63,841 nucleotides of DNA, filler included, from Reticulomyxa filosa (GCA_000512085.1; 17 parts of 17 records of this genome joined end to end with filler, not necessarily neighbours in it), one strand, 5' to 3'. Shown: positions 14,201 to 24,426, counted from the first letter of the whole stretch. Numbers and translations are program-made. Notes: generated by a model from the sequence alone, not told the origin.

Positions 14201-14588
14201 ACCCGATTTTGATGCAAGATATGGATTATTACGCAATTTAGTGCAAAAACAAAAAAATAATTTATCTGAAGAAGACTTTCAATTGATTTCTAAAAAAACT
14301 GATCGTTACAGCTGCAGTGATATCAAAAATTTATGTAAAGATGCTGCTATGGGTCCAATTCGTGATTTAGGTGTTAATATTGTCAATTTCAGTAGTGAAG
14401 ATGAAGTTCCAGATATTACTATAAAACATTTTGAACAATCACTTAAAAATGTTCGGGCCAGTGTTCCTCCAGATCGATTACAACACTATTATGACTACAA
14501 CAAAAAATATGGAAGTATTTTTAATTTATCTAATATTGATTTGCCTCCTGAACTTAGAGCCACTGAGCTACCTCCAGTCAATATGTAG
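11207..14588 (+). CDS. SPAST: Spastin-like microtubule-severing AAA ATPase with N-terminal FYVE-like Zn finger, PDZ and MIT domains (5'-truncated)
   Basis: Walker A GILLFGPPGNGKTM (spastin-type GNGKT), pore loop TSKFVGE, Walker B IIFIDEIDS, SRH GATNLPEELDDAVLRRF. MIT helix at ~13135-13310, CEIC..KKHWCRRCG..CSAH..RICDKC at ~11980-12125, PDZ with PFGF loop at ~12137-12375. Intron 13699-13791, another ending ~12983, and one frameshift near 12390. Confidence 0.85.
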
Positions 14589-15657
14589 CTTTTTTAACAG
14601 CGATACTTTGTTTGTGTGTTTTTTGCTTTGTTTGGTTGTGTTTTCGTGACTTTTGCGTATGTGTCTAATTTGTTCAATAAGTTTTTTCCTTCTGCCTCTT
14701 CTTTTTTTTTTGTCTTTTAGTTCTTTAAGCTGTTTTTCTTTTTGTTTTTTCAAAAAGCTGTTCAGCTGTTATTCCCACGAGGAAGAAAAAACGCAACATA
14801 GCGCATCGAAATTTTTTTTTGGTTGTTTTGTTTTCTTAAGTTTATCAATACAATAAATTGAGGAAAAAAGAATTAATGAAAATGAGGCAGGACAGCTTTA
14901 TTGAACTTTCTTTTTGTGTTATCAAAAATGAAATATACCATTTCAATTTGTCTTCAACTATTCTCTTTTCTATTGCATATCAGATAATCTTTTTGCACAA
15001 GCAACAATTTTAATGATTGTGATGAAGATACTTCCTCCAATTAAAATATCTTTTTGAAAGATTGAAAAAAACAAAAAAATCAATACATTCATCAATGCTT
15101 TTTTATTGGGAAAAAATTTAGACAAATACATTCAGAGAAACAATCGATTTTTGCTTGAAACATAAAAACAATAATGTTGAATATTTCAAACTAACTTACA
15201 AAGTTAAGTAAAATAATAAATAAAAGGCGTTAAACCCAACCAAGACAATATTTCTTTTTTTTTTAAATTTTTAATAAAATGAAAATTAAAGAAAATAATT
15301 GATGAGTAGAAATCAATGTGACAATTACATTCTCCGCGATATCTTTTAATAATTTCTTTTGCATGCACCTGTTTTTCTAGTTATAATAGAGAATTTTGTT
15401 TTATGTCAAAAACACATTCAATCACTTGTATTTGATTAGATTTGTATTTTTGACAAAAAGGATTGCAAAATTACCAATTGGTAGATGGCGTTCTTATAAA
15501 AATTATCTTTAAAACTGGCCAATGAAATAATTGTTTCGGCTGAAGGAAAGCAAATTTTTACACTGCTTAGTTTTATACTATTTTTTGTTCAATTTGAATT
15601 GTTATATTTCGGTTTGCATTTTCAAAAAAATAAATCTTAACCTCAAAAAATAAAACA

Positions 15658-15966
15658 ATGTCCGGACGTGGCAAAGGAGGAAAAGGACTTGGCAAAGGAG
15701 GTACAAAAGGATTTAAAAGAGGCAGTGGAAGTGTGAGTGGCATCACAAAACCGGCAATTCGCAGATTGGCTCGCCGAGGTGGTGTTAAACGTATCAGTGG
15801 AACGATATACGATGAAGCAAGAGGAGTAGTGAAAACATTTTTGGAAAGTGTAGTTAAAGATGCAGTAACATATACGGAATACTCACGAAGAAAAACGGTC
15901 ACCGCGTTAGATGTTGTTTATGCTTTAAAAAGACAAGGAAGAACTATTTACGGATTTGGAGGTTAG
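15658..15966 (+). CDS. H4: Histone H4, divergent variant
   Basis: [54 protein letters not shown]. Intronless, 102 aa. Confidence 0.97.
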   Translation: MSGRGKGGKGLGKGGTKGFKRGSGSVSGITKPAIRRLARRGGVKRISGTIYDEARGVVKTFLESVVKDAVTYTEYSRRKTVTALDVVYALKRQGRTIYGFGG

Positions 15967-15990
15967 ACTTCACTCCAATTCATTAAGCCA

Positions 15991-16007
15991 GGTGTTTACT
16001 AAACACC
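15991..16007 (+). promoter_or_regulatory. Histone mRNA 3' stem-loop-like element
   Basis: GGTGTTT-ACT-AAACACC, a perfect hairpin beginning 25 nt after the H4 stop, with a GG..CC base and followed by AACAA. Confidence 0.6.
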
Positions 16008-16340
16008 AACAATTTTAAATTCTTTCTTTTTTCCATACGTCATTTTCTTTGGTAGAAAATCAGACACGTGTTCTTCGAAAAGTTTAACAATTTTTTTATC
16101 ACCAAAACTGGCAAAATATAATCTTTTAAAAGAGACTTTAAAATTTACGTTTTGCACCAAAAAGATTAACAGTAAATGCATGTGTAAGACGTCAGCCAGA
16201 AAAGAGTTCGCACTAAATGTAATACGAAAGTGCTTTTTTGCTCAAAGAGCCTGATTGTCAACAAACAAGTAAATTAAAACAAATTAAAGAGAAATGACAC
16301 GAAAAAGAGGAAAACAAAAACAAGGCAAAGTGAAGAAGGT

Positions 16341-16452
16341 TGTAAAGGAAGTTTAACCCACTGGGGGTTCCTCGGGTCCTCCCGAGTTCAAACCTTTAGA
16401 ATAGGGACTTGTACTACAGTCTCTTGCCCTGATCACTTTGGTTCAAAAAAAA
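16341..16452 (+). mobile_element. Candidate SINE-like or structured short element
   Basis: GC island with three hairpins, B-box-like GAGTTCAAACC, an A tail, and imperfect flanking direct repeats (16322-16340 and 16453-16470). Confidence 0.3.
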
Positions 16453-17079
16453 AAGGCGAAGTAAAGAGGTAAAGAAAAATTTGATCAGCGTAAAGGAAAA
16501 AGAAGAAACATTTACTGGAGAATGACAATTTGATATTAAAGTTTAGGATTGCTTTGGCTTATCAATGGCAATGGACACATACAAATTGTATGTATAAATA
16601 TTGGGATTATATCTTCTGTTAAAATGAAATGACAAATGAGTATTTTCATTTTATTTGCACTATGCAATTGGGTTGGTTTGTTCCGTCAAGACAACAAATA
16701 GAATATTAATTTAGCAAGGGTTCAGTATTTGAGTCCAGGCTTTCTGGTATGGCACTTAATCTCTTTCTAATTCAAAAATTGTAGGTTATGGTCATCATTA
16801 TTGATTCATTTTTTTAGGCGATCTGTTAGTACTTTCAAAAAAATCTTCTGACAATTGTCGTTCAATAATACAAAAAATGTATGCTTTCTTTTCTGTATCT
16901 GACAAGAATCAATAACCCAAAAAAATCCAATAAGCGTTAATTTTTTTAAAAGCATTATTTCTTTGAATTTGCATCTTTTGATTGTAAAAAAATCTGTACA
17001 CATTATTTTGATTTCATATTTTAAAAAAATAAATATAATGGATTATTTGAATAGAATAACAAAAAAAATTTTAAGTGAA

Positions 17080-17970
17080 ATAGGTTTGAAAAATGAATTG
17101 ACTGTCATGACTATCTTACAATCATCTGAAGTGGAAGATTTCACAAGTAAACACAAAATTTGTTTGATTGAATATCTAACAGGAGATGCAACCTCAAATT
17201 CAGCTATTGGTGCGGTGTTTGAAGTGCCAATGCAATGCGAAAAGAAATTGCTGTGGATTAGTTCAATCTGGAGATGGTTTCTGAAACTTTATTTGTTTAT
17301 ATTGGGCATATATATATATGTATATATACATATACAAATATTTGTATATGTATTTATATGTGAAAGGAGTGATACAATTATATCGCCAGTTTGATGAACC
17401 ACAAGTTACTTTTCAAGACGAAATTAGTGCATCACGATTGAAAGAGTTTATTAAAGTGGAAAGATTTGCATTATTTAATCAAATTTCAACAGCCAATTTC
17501 CAAGAGTATATTGAGCGTGGAATTCCGATTGTGTGGGTCGCATTAAATGGATCTGATCCTCAACAACTCAATGCTGTCAGCGATACTATTCAAAGCATTG
17601 CCAAACAATGGAAAGGAAAGATTTCATTTGTTTGGATTGATAACAACAAGTATGGTCAGCGTGTGGAACACTTAGGTATCCTCTTTATTTGTTCATGTAT
17701 GCAAATGATTGGGAAAAAGAAAGATAGAGTCATTCATACATGCATAACAATTGAATTAAAAAAAAAAAAAAAAGGAATAAAGTCAATACCAGGAATAATA
17801 GTGACTGAAGATGAAAATATAAAGTATTTGTTTGAGGGAGATCTAACAAACAAGAACGAGTTGCAAGAATGGATTGCAAAGTATATGAATGGACACGTTG
17901 AAAGATTTTTTAAATCACAAGACCCACCAGAAATAAATGATGACACAGTTCTAGTTTTAGTTGGTATGTG
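17080..17970 (+). CDS. PDI: Protein disulfide isomerase-like (b, b' and x-linker), 3'-truncated; 5' part looks degenerate
   Basis: IPIVWVAL..IAKQWKGKISFVWIDNNKY..IPGIIV..KYLFEGDL..WIAKYMNGHVERFFKSQDPPEINDDTVLVLVG. Intron 17676-17774. No CxxC is visible in this contig and the b exon has frameshifts. Confidence 0.75.
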
Positions 17971-18090
17971 ATGGATATATACATATATATNNNNNNNNNN
18001 NNNNNNNNNNNNNNNNNNNNNNNNNNNNNNNNNNTTAATTAATTAANNNNNNNNNNNNNNNNNNNNNNNNNNNNNNNNNNNNNNNNNNNN

Positions 18091-20090
18091 TTATAAAAAA
18101 CAAAACAAAATATAACAAAACTTTTTTTTTTTTTTCATTGCTACGGGTTGGGAACCCGTGGTCGCGCGGGGAGGGATGTTGGAGGCCGGGGCCCTATAAA
18201 ACAATGCAACAACGTTTATAAAAATAAAAATAAAAACAAAACAATCAAAACTTTTTTTTTTTTTCATTGGAGATGGGCTTCGGGCCCGTTGGGCTCTCTG
18301 GAGGGGAGCATGGGGCACTGGGGCCCTATAAATAATAATAATATTATTATTATTATTATAAAAAATAAAATAAAATATATAAAAACTTTTTTTTTTTTTT
18401 GCATGCGGGTTATAAACCCACTTGGCACGCTGGCGGTTGGGCAGGGGCACTGCGGCCAGGCCGGTGGTACTGGTGCCCTATAAATAACAGCAATAATATG
18501 TTTCCAATAAAAAACAAATCAATACAAAACGAAACTTTTTTTTTTATTTTGTTTGTACGGGTTGTGGGCCCGTGGTCGCGCGCGGGACGGGGTTTCGAGC
18601 TGGGGCCCTATAAACAAATCAAACCCTTTATAATAAAGATAATAAAACCAAAACAATCAAAACTTTTTTTTTTCTTTGTAGATGGGTTTCAAACCCGTTG
18701 GAGGCGGTGTAGTGGTGGTCCGGGGCTCTGGGGCCTATAAATAACAATAACAACATTATTATTATATAAATGAAAACAAAATATATCAAACCTTTTTTTT
18801 TTTTTTGCATACGGGTTACGAGCCCGTTGGGCATGCTGTAAGAGGGGTTCTGGTCGCCGGGGCCCTATAAAAACAATATCAACGTTATTATAATAAGATG
18901 CAAAACATAACATAGCAAAACTTTTTTTATTTTTTATTGATACGGGTTGGGAACCCGTGGACACGTGCGCGAGGGTGGTTTGGAGGCCGGAGCCCTATAA
19001 AACAATTCAACATTTTAATTATAGTAAAAAAAAACAAAATAAAACAAACCTTTTTTTTTTTTTTGCATACGGGTTAGAAACCCGCTTGGCACGCTGGTGT
19101 TGGTGCTGGTGGCACTGGGGCCCTATAAATAATTTCAATATTATTATTATTATCACGTGAAAATGTAAAAACATAACAACAAACCTTTTTCTATGTTGAG
19201 GCGAGGGTCTCGGATGCAGGGACTCTGTGTGCATATTATTAATTTTAATGTTGATAAAAAACAGAACAAAACAAATCAAAACTTTTTTTATTTTTGTTGG
19301 CAGCAGGCTGGAGACCTGTTGGGAGCGCGTTGCCGGTGGCCTAGGCACCGCGGCCCTATAAATAAAAAAAATTATTATTATTATATAAAAAACAAAAACG
19401 CAACAGCGAAACTTTTTTTTGTTGGACGGGTTTAAGCCCGTAGTCTGGTGTTCGATGGGGTCTCGGGCATTTGGTCTATATACAAATAATAACCCCCAAT
19501 AATAATAAAAATAATAAAAGATATAGCAAAACTTTTTATATTTTTGTTGGAGACGGGTTGGAGACCCGTTTGAGAGTGCAGGGCGATGCATGTGCATCTG
19601 AGCCCTATAAACAATCATATAATAATCATCATCATCATTATTATATATAAATAATAAATCAAATAATAAACTTTATTTTATTATCATACAGGCTGTGAGC
19701 CCGTCGTGAGGGATTGGCTGATGCGCCACTTCCCTATAAATAATAACAATATTTCTATTAAATGTAAAAAAAACAAAACATACAACAAAACTTTTTGTTT
19801 GTAAACCTGCTTGCTCTATAAATAAATAAATAAATCAAAACTTTTGTTTGACGGGTCTTGAGCCCTTGCTGCGGTCTGGAGCCGCTTCAGCGTCGGTGTT
19901 ATTATAAATAATAACCCCGACATCAAATTACAAAAACACCCCGAATTTATTTTTCGGGCTTTGTGCCCGGGGTGTAGTTTGTCACCTATTAAAAAAAAAT
20001 AATAATTTTTTTAAAAGCTTTGGCACACACACACACATAATAAATACTAAACTTTTTTTTTGGGCAATCTTTGTAAGCCCTTTGTTAGGG
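18091..20090. repeat. Tandem array of ~129-bp units (T-run, hairpin, variable G-rich core, GGGCCCTATAAA, A-rich spacer); ~13 clear units decaying to ~17
   Basis: (C)CCTATAAA anchors at 18192, 18324, 18476, 18606, 18734, 18863, 18993, 19121, 19354, 19603 and 19732. An ACGGGTT-nnn-AACCCGT-type hairpin follows AAAAC(T)n in each unit. Confidence 0.92.
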
Positions 20091-20216
20091 GATGGTGTTG
20101 CTTTCGCAACAACAGAATGTAGTGATTGTACTACATTACACCATCCCATGTTTTGTTGGAGGTGTTGGGGGGAAATTGTGGTATGTGTGGTTGTGGGGTT
20201 GGGAGTATTGTTGTGT

Positions 20217-20282
20217 GTGTGTGGGGTATTAGGGACTTTGGAGTGTGTGGGATATTAGGGACTTTGGAGTGTGTGGGGTATT
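20217..20282 (+). repeat. 26-bp tandem repeat (2.5 copies) containing TTAGGG, in a G/T-skewed tract (~20100-20620)
   Basis: GTGTGTGGG(G/A)TATTAGGGACTTTGGA repeated; TTAGGG at 20229 and 20255. Confidence 0.8.
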
Positions 20283-21849
20283 GTTGTGTGTGTTGAGCGT
20301 TGGTGTGATGGAGTTGGATGATGCGATGATGTGTGGTAGTTTGGAGTGTTGCGACATGGAGTGTGATGATGGATCGAGATGCTGCAACATGGGCATCGAG
20401 CCCTTAAATTGATGTTGGTGCGATATGCACCTGTTTGCAGGAACAATGATGTGTGTAGGTGCCGAGTGTGCTGCATGTAAAGTTGAAATAGTTCAAACAT
20501 GGGGTATACGACCAGAAGTGTGGGTTGGATGTGTTTTACAGTGTGACGCTAATTGAGTGCGAGCGATGTGTGGTGACGTAATGACAATCTTGGATTGCGT
20601 CATCGATTTGCAGAAATGGCAAATTAGCTGTTAATTTTTGTATGTCTGTTGTTTGTTTCTTTTGAAGGTTCGAAAACAAATGGAAGCTCAACTGCAAACA
20701 TTGTCAAAAACTTTTGGTTGTTTGTGAAATTACTTTTTGAAAATAGCTTGAGCAATTCATTGGTAATGATTAATAGATTATTTGCACAGAATTTTCGCAT
20801 TTTGTTTGTCAAAAAAAAAAATTCGTATTAGGAAATATTAAAAAAAAAAGTTAATTCATTAAAAAAATAGTCCACACGTTGCACCGTGCCTTTAAATCAA
20901 AACAAATTAAATGAACGGCACAAAACAGTGGGCACGTTCTCGGTGGTTCTCAACCTCATGTTGTTGACCCCCTTTGTGTCGAGGACCACTAAAAAGCAGG
21001 CCAAAAAAGTCATGCGGCCAGAAAGTGTAATCTCCAAGAAATTCTTCTGTTCGGAGAAATAAACGTCCATAATTGAATGCTTCAACCNNNNNNNNNNNNN
21101 NNNNNNNNNNNNNNNNNNNNNNNNNNNNNNNTTAATTAATTAANNNNNNNNNNNNNNNNNNNNNNNNNNNNNNNNNNNNNNNNNNNNATGAGCTTATTGA
21201 ATGGAAAATGTTTTATTTGTAAAATCATTTCAACGTACCTTTCAGTTTCATTAAGAATAATGTCTATTTTATCTAGTTTCAAGCATATGAATAGTAAAAC
21301 AAAATTTGTTAAATAAGATATTGCTATTTTATTGATACATCACTGTTTCTTTGCATCACATAATAGTAATATCCGTTTATGATAAATCAAAACATCTGAA
21401 TTATTGTATATTTGCGTTTTGTGTGTGAATAATAACAAGCATAATGATGATCAAATAACAAAGAATGTATGCAATAAAAACAGATATTTTAAAAAAGATC
21501 CAAAAAAATTCTATTTTAAGTTTTTATGATTGAAAAATAAGGAAAAAAGAACCAAAAGCACGATGAAATTGCAAGGCATCAAGCTATATTTCGATTAAAG
21601 TAACTATATGATCTGACACTTGAACTTTAAAATGAGATATTTGTAAATCTTTTCATCATGAAATGAGTATTTCTTATGTGGCAGTGCATTCTATCGATAT
21701 ATGTTTCAATAGATAATTCAGATATCCCATCAATGATAAATCGTCTTTTTTTAGGTAAACGTGCTCAAATACTTATGTTTGTCACGTCCTCTGGAAGCGC
21801 TTGTTTTTTTTTGCATGTAATTATCTATTTCTTTTTTTGTTATGTAACC

Positions 21850-22192
21850 TTTGCTGATGACAAAATATCTCTTGTTATTCACAATACCATCATGGCCATT
21901 GTAATGCCAATTGTTCAACTAGCAATTTGATCCACTTGTTATCCAAAAAGTCTGTTTTGCCATAAAAAAGTGGATCAATCCGTGCTTTTATTTTTGGACT
22001 GTTTGCTTCTAGGTGGTCACTCTCTTTTCAATTTCGACTTTAGTGCTGACTTTATCGAGCGAGACAAACCAGTCATATCCTTCCTGACTTTTTTCCACGC
22101 ATACACGTTGCTGTTGTGTCCATTTGGATCTCACCTGCAATTTCTTGGGGGGGGCGAAAACTTGACTTTGCCAATAAATATCACTTTTCCTT
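21850..22192 (-). pseudogene. Tandem CAP-Gly domain pseudogene fragment
   Basis: GKVIFIGKVKF..DPNGHN and FYGKTDFLDNKWI..NGHDGIVNNKRYF match the CAP-Gly pattern (G.V.F.G.T.F..G.W...GKHDG.V.G.RYF), with stops and frameshifts. Confidence 0.6.
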
Positions 22193-22307
22193 NNNNNNNN
22201 NNNNNNNNNNNNNNNNNNNNNNNNNNNNNNNNNNNNTTAATTAATTAANNNNNNNNNNNNNNNNNNNNNNNNNNNNNNNNNNNNNNNNNNNNACACATGT
22301 TTTTTTA

Positions 22308-22638
22308 TTAATAATTAAAAATATATAATAGTCTAACCATTTTTAGCGTATAGCACATTACTTTTCTACTTTTATTAAGTTCATTCCAAAGATCCATTAG
22401 ATCACCATCATTGTCAATTTGATCATCTGGATTGTCTTTTTTTATAAAAAGAAATGTGGACGTATCTGTCAATTTTAACTGATCTTTGATTATTTGCAAT
22501 AATTGTTTCCAATTTGCCTCTTTTGATCTTTCCATTCGCCCTTTGCCATCTAGATCAATTGCGTTGAAAATTACTTTTTCATTGCCATAAGGCTCAATCA
22601 CAAAATATTTTTCCTTTTATTTTTTGTTTGCCAGTCAT
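22308..22638 (-). CDS. Hypothetical protein N-terminus, possibly a PB1/ubiquitin-like fold; 3'-truncated
   Basis: WKQLLQIIKDQLKL..FLFIKKDNPDDQIDNDGDLMDLW has an acidic OPCA-like segment. The ATG at 22638 is one base out of frame in an A-run. Confidence 0.4.
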
Positions 22639-23019
22639 ATGTTTTTGAACGTACACAGTGGCTCCAATATCTCTTTTTTTTTTTGCAAGTTTGATAGAAT
22701 AAACTTGTTTGGACATATGCTGCCTGTTTACGATTGGAGAACTGAAATTTTTATTTCAAATAAAAACAAAAGCAAAAAAAGTCGTTTTTAACGTTAAATC
22801 TTGTTGATCCCTTCTTGTACCTTGCGTAAACTTCTTCGGATCCTTATTTTGCCTGCACAAATAAGTGAAAGAATAAATTTAAGTTACCTTAATACATTAG
22901 GTTTCAACGTATCGAATCCAAAGATTTTTCTATTTTAAATAGCTTTGGAACTCATTCTCTTGGAATAGTCTACCTACACCAATTTTTATTTTTTATATTA
23001 TAATTTTTTTGGAATATTT

Positions 23020-23262
23020 ATTGTGTTGATAGTTCACCATTACAAAGCAATAACAATTATTGTAAAATACACCTTCTCATCTTTCCGAGGTCATCAACAC
23101 AAGATATAATGCTTTGAGAAGATATTTTTTATCTTTGTTTTCGGACTAATTGTTTTATATAATATATATCATTTGTTTAAAATTTATGCCATTGAAAAAA
23201 AAAAATGTAAATGGTACTAATGTATATTCTGGTTTATTCTAAGGTCTTATTTGTGTTTGGGG
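23020..23262 (+). pseudogene. Degenerate WD40 gene 3' end
   Basis: ICLKFMPLKKK...GLICVWG matches the C-termini of the WD40 genes at 24087 and 25734 but is disrupted. Confidence 0.55.
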
Positions 23263-23499
23263 AAGCTTTATTTTCAGCAAGTAATTAAACTTTTTGAATA
23301 AAGGTGCTAAATATACTATCAAAATGAAGAAATCGACAAAATCTAACAACCTCGTGTGAAATAAATGAAACAATTTTCTCAATTGAAAACTTCTCTCATT
23401 ATCCTTCAATTTGCATTCTTATAAGTTGAATTTTATGATGAAAAATAAGATTGGATAATGGATGTGTCTCTTTTTAAACTAAAAAAAAATGGTACTTTA

Positions 23500-23986
23500 C
23501 CTTGTCCTAACCAAAAAACAATATCTAATTATTCGTTTTTCAAAAATTAATTTTTTCAATAACGTTGTTTCACAAGCAATTTTTTGTTCATCTCTGGATC
23601 AGTATAAATTGAGAATCCAATCAGCTTCACCAATATCAAACCATTTTCGATACTCTTCCATTTTGGCATTATCAATTCCCATAGCCTCGACGATATTTTG
23701 AAAAAAAAGAGTTGATCTCTGAATGTCGTTGTCACTGTCATTGTTGTTGTCATTGTCACTGTCATTATCTTCAAAATCAGTTTCAAAAACAATGCCCTTC
23801 TGTTTTTGTAAAAGTTGTTCAGCGTCTCTGTACTGTATTCCTGGTTGTTTGGCAATTATTGCTTTGGTAAAAAGAAATCGTTTAGTGGGAGGAAAGATCG
23901 AGCCATTGGATGTCAAATCATATATAGCCATACGTGGTCGAACTGCGCAAATTTGTACATCGCAATGTCTTATGGGTGATGATAAC
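23500..23986 (-). CDS. Hypothetical protein fragment with a D/N tract
   Basis: ORF 23599-23931 is open to the contig end. No family recognised. Confidence 0.35.
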
Positions 23987-24086
23987 NNNNNNNNNNNNNN
24001 NNNNNNNNNNNNNNNNNNNNNNNNNNNNNNTTAATTAATTAANNNNNNNNNNNNNNNNNNNNNNNNNNNNNNNNNNNNNNNNNNNN

Positions 24087-24426
24087 TATTCGTTTGTGGG
24101 ATATTCGATCTTGTCAACAAATTCAAGAATTCAATGGACATACAAATTATGTAAATGCTGTTGAATATTCGCCGTTTGTAGTAAAAAATGTCGAAATTGG
24201 TGATAATTCAAATGTGATATGTTCTGGATCAAGAGATAATACAGTTTGTTTTTGGGATATTCGATCAAATAAAGAAGAATTATGCATAATTGAAGGTGAT
24301 GACAAAGATGGCGGAATTTTATGTCTTAAATTTTTACGATTAAGAAAAAATAGGAAAGGTAATAATGATTTTAATGTCAATCTGTGCTATGGTTCATATA
24401 ATGGTCCTATTTGTATTTGGGGATAG
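24087..24426 (+). CDS. WD40-repeat protein, 3' end
   Basis: IRLWDIRSCQQIQEFNGHTNYVNAVEYSPF..ICSGSRDNTVCFWDIR..GPICIWG. Confidence 0.9.

Noticed and set aside
16341-16452. tRNA, snRNA or ribozyme call
   Set aside because: No cloverleaf or A-box, no U1/U2/U5/U6 signature and no hammerhead or twister core. Kept only as a SINE-like candidate.
18091-19618. ORF-track proteins across the array
   Set aside because: Poly-F/K/N/I translations of the repeat with no consistent frame.
18091-20090. Array as a true CRISPR locus
   Set aside because: Eukaryotic context, no cas genes, degenerate ~90-nt constant parts, and 'spacers' that are homologous to one another in an A-B-C pattern.
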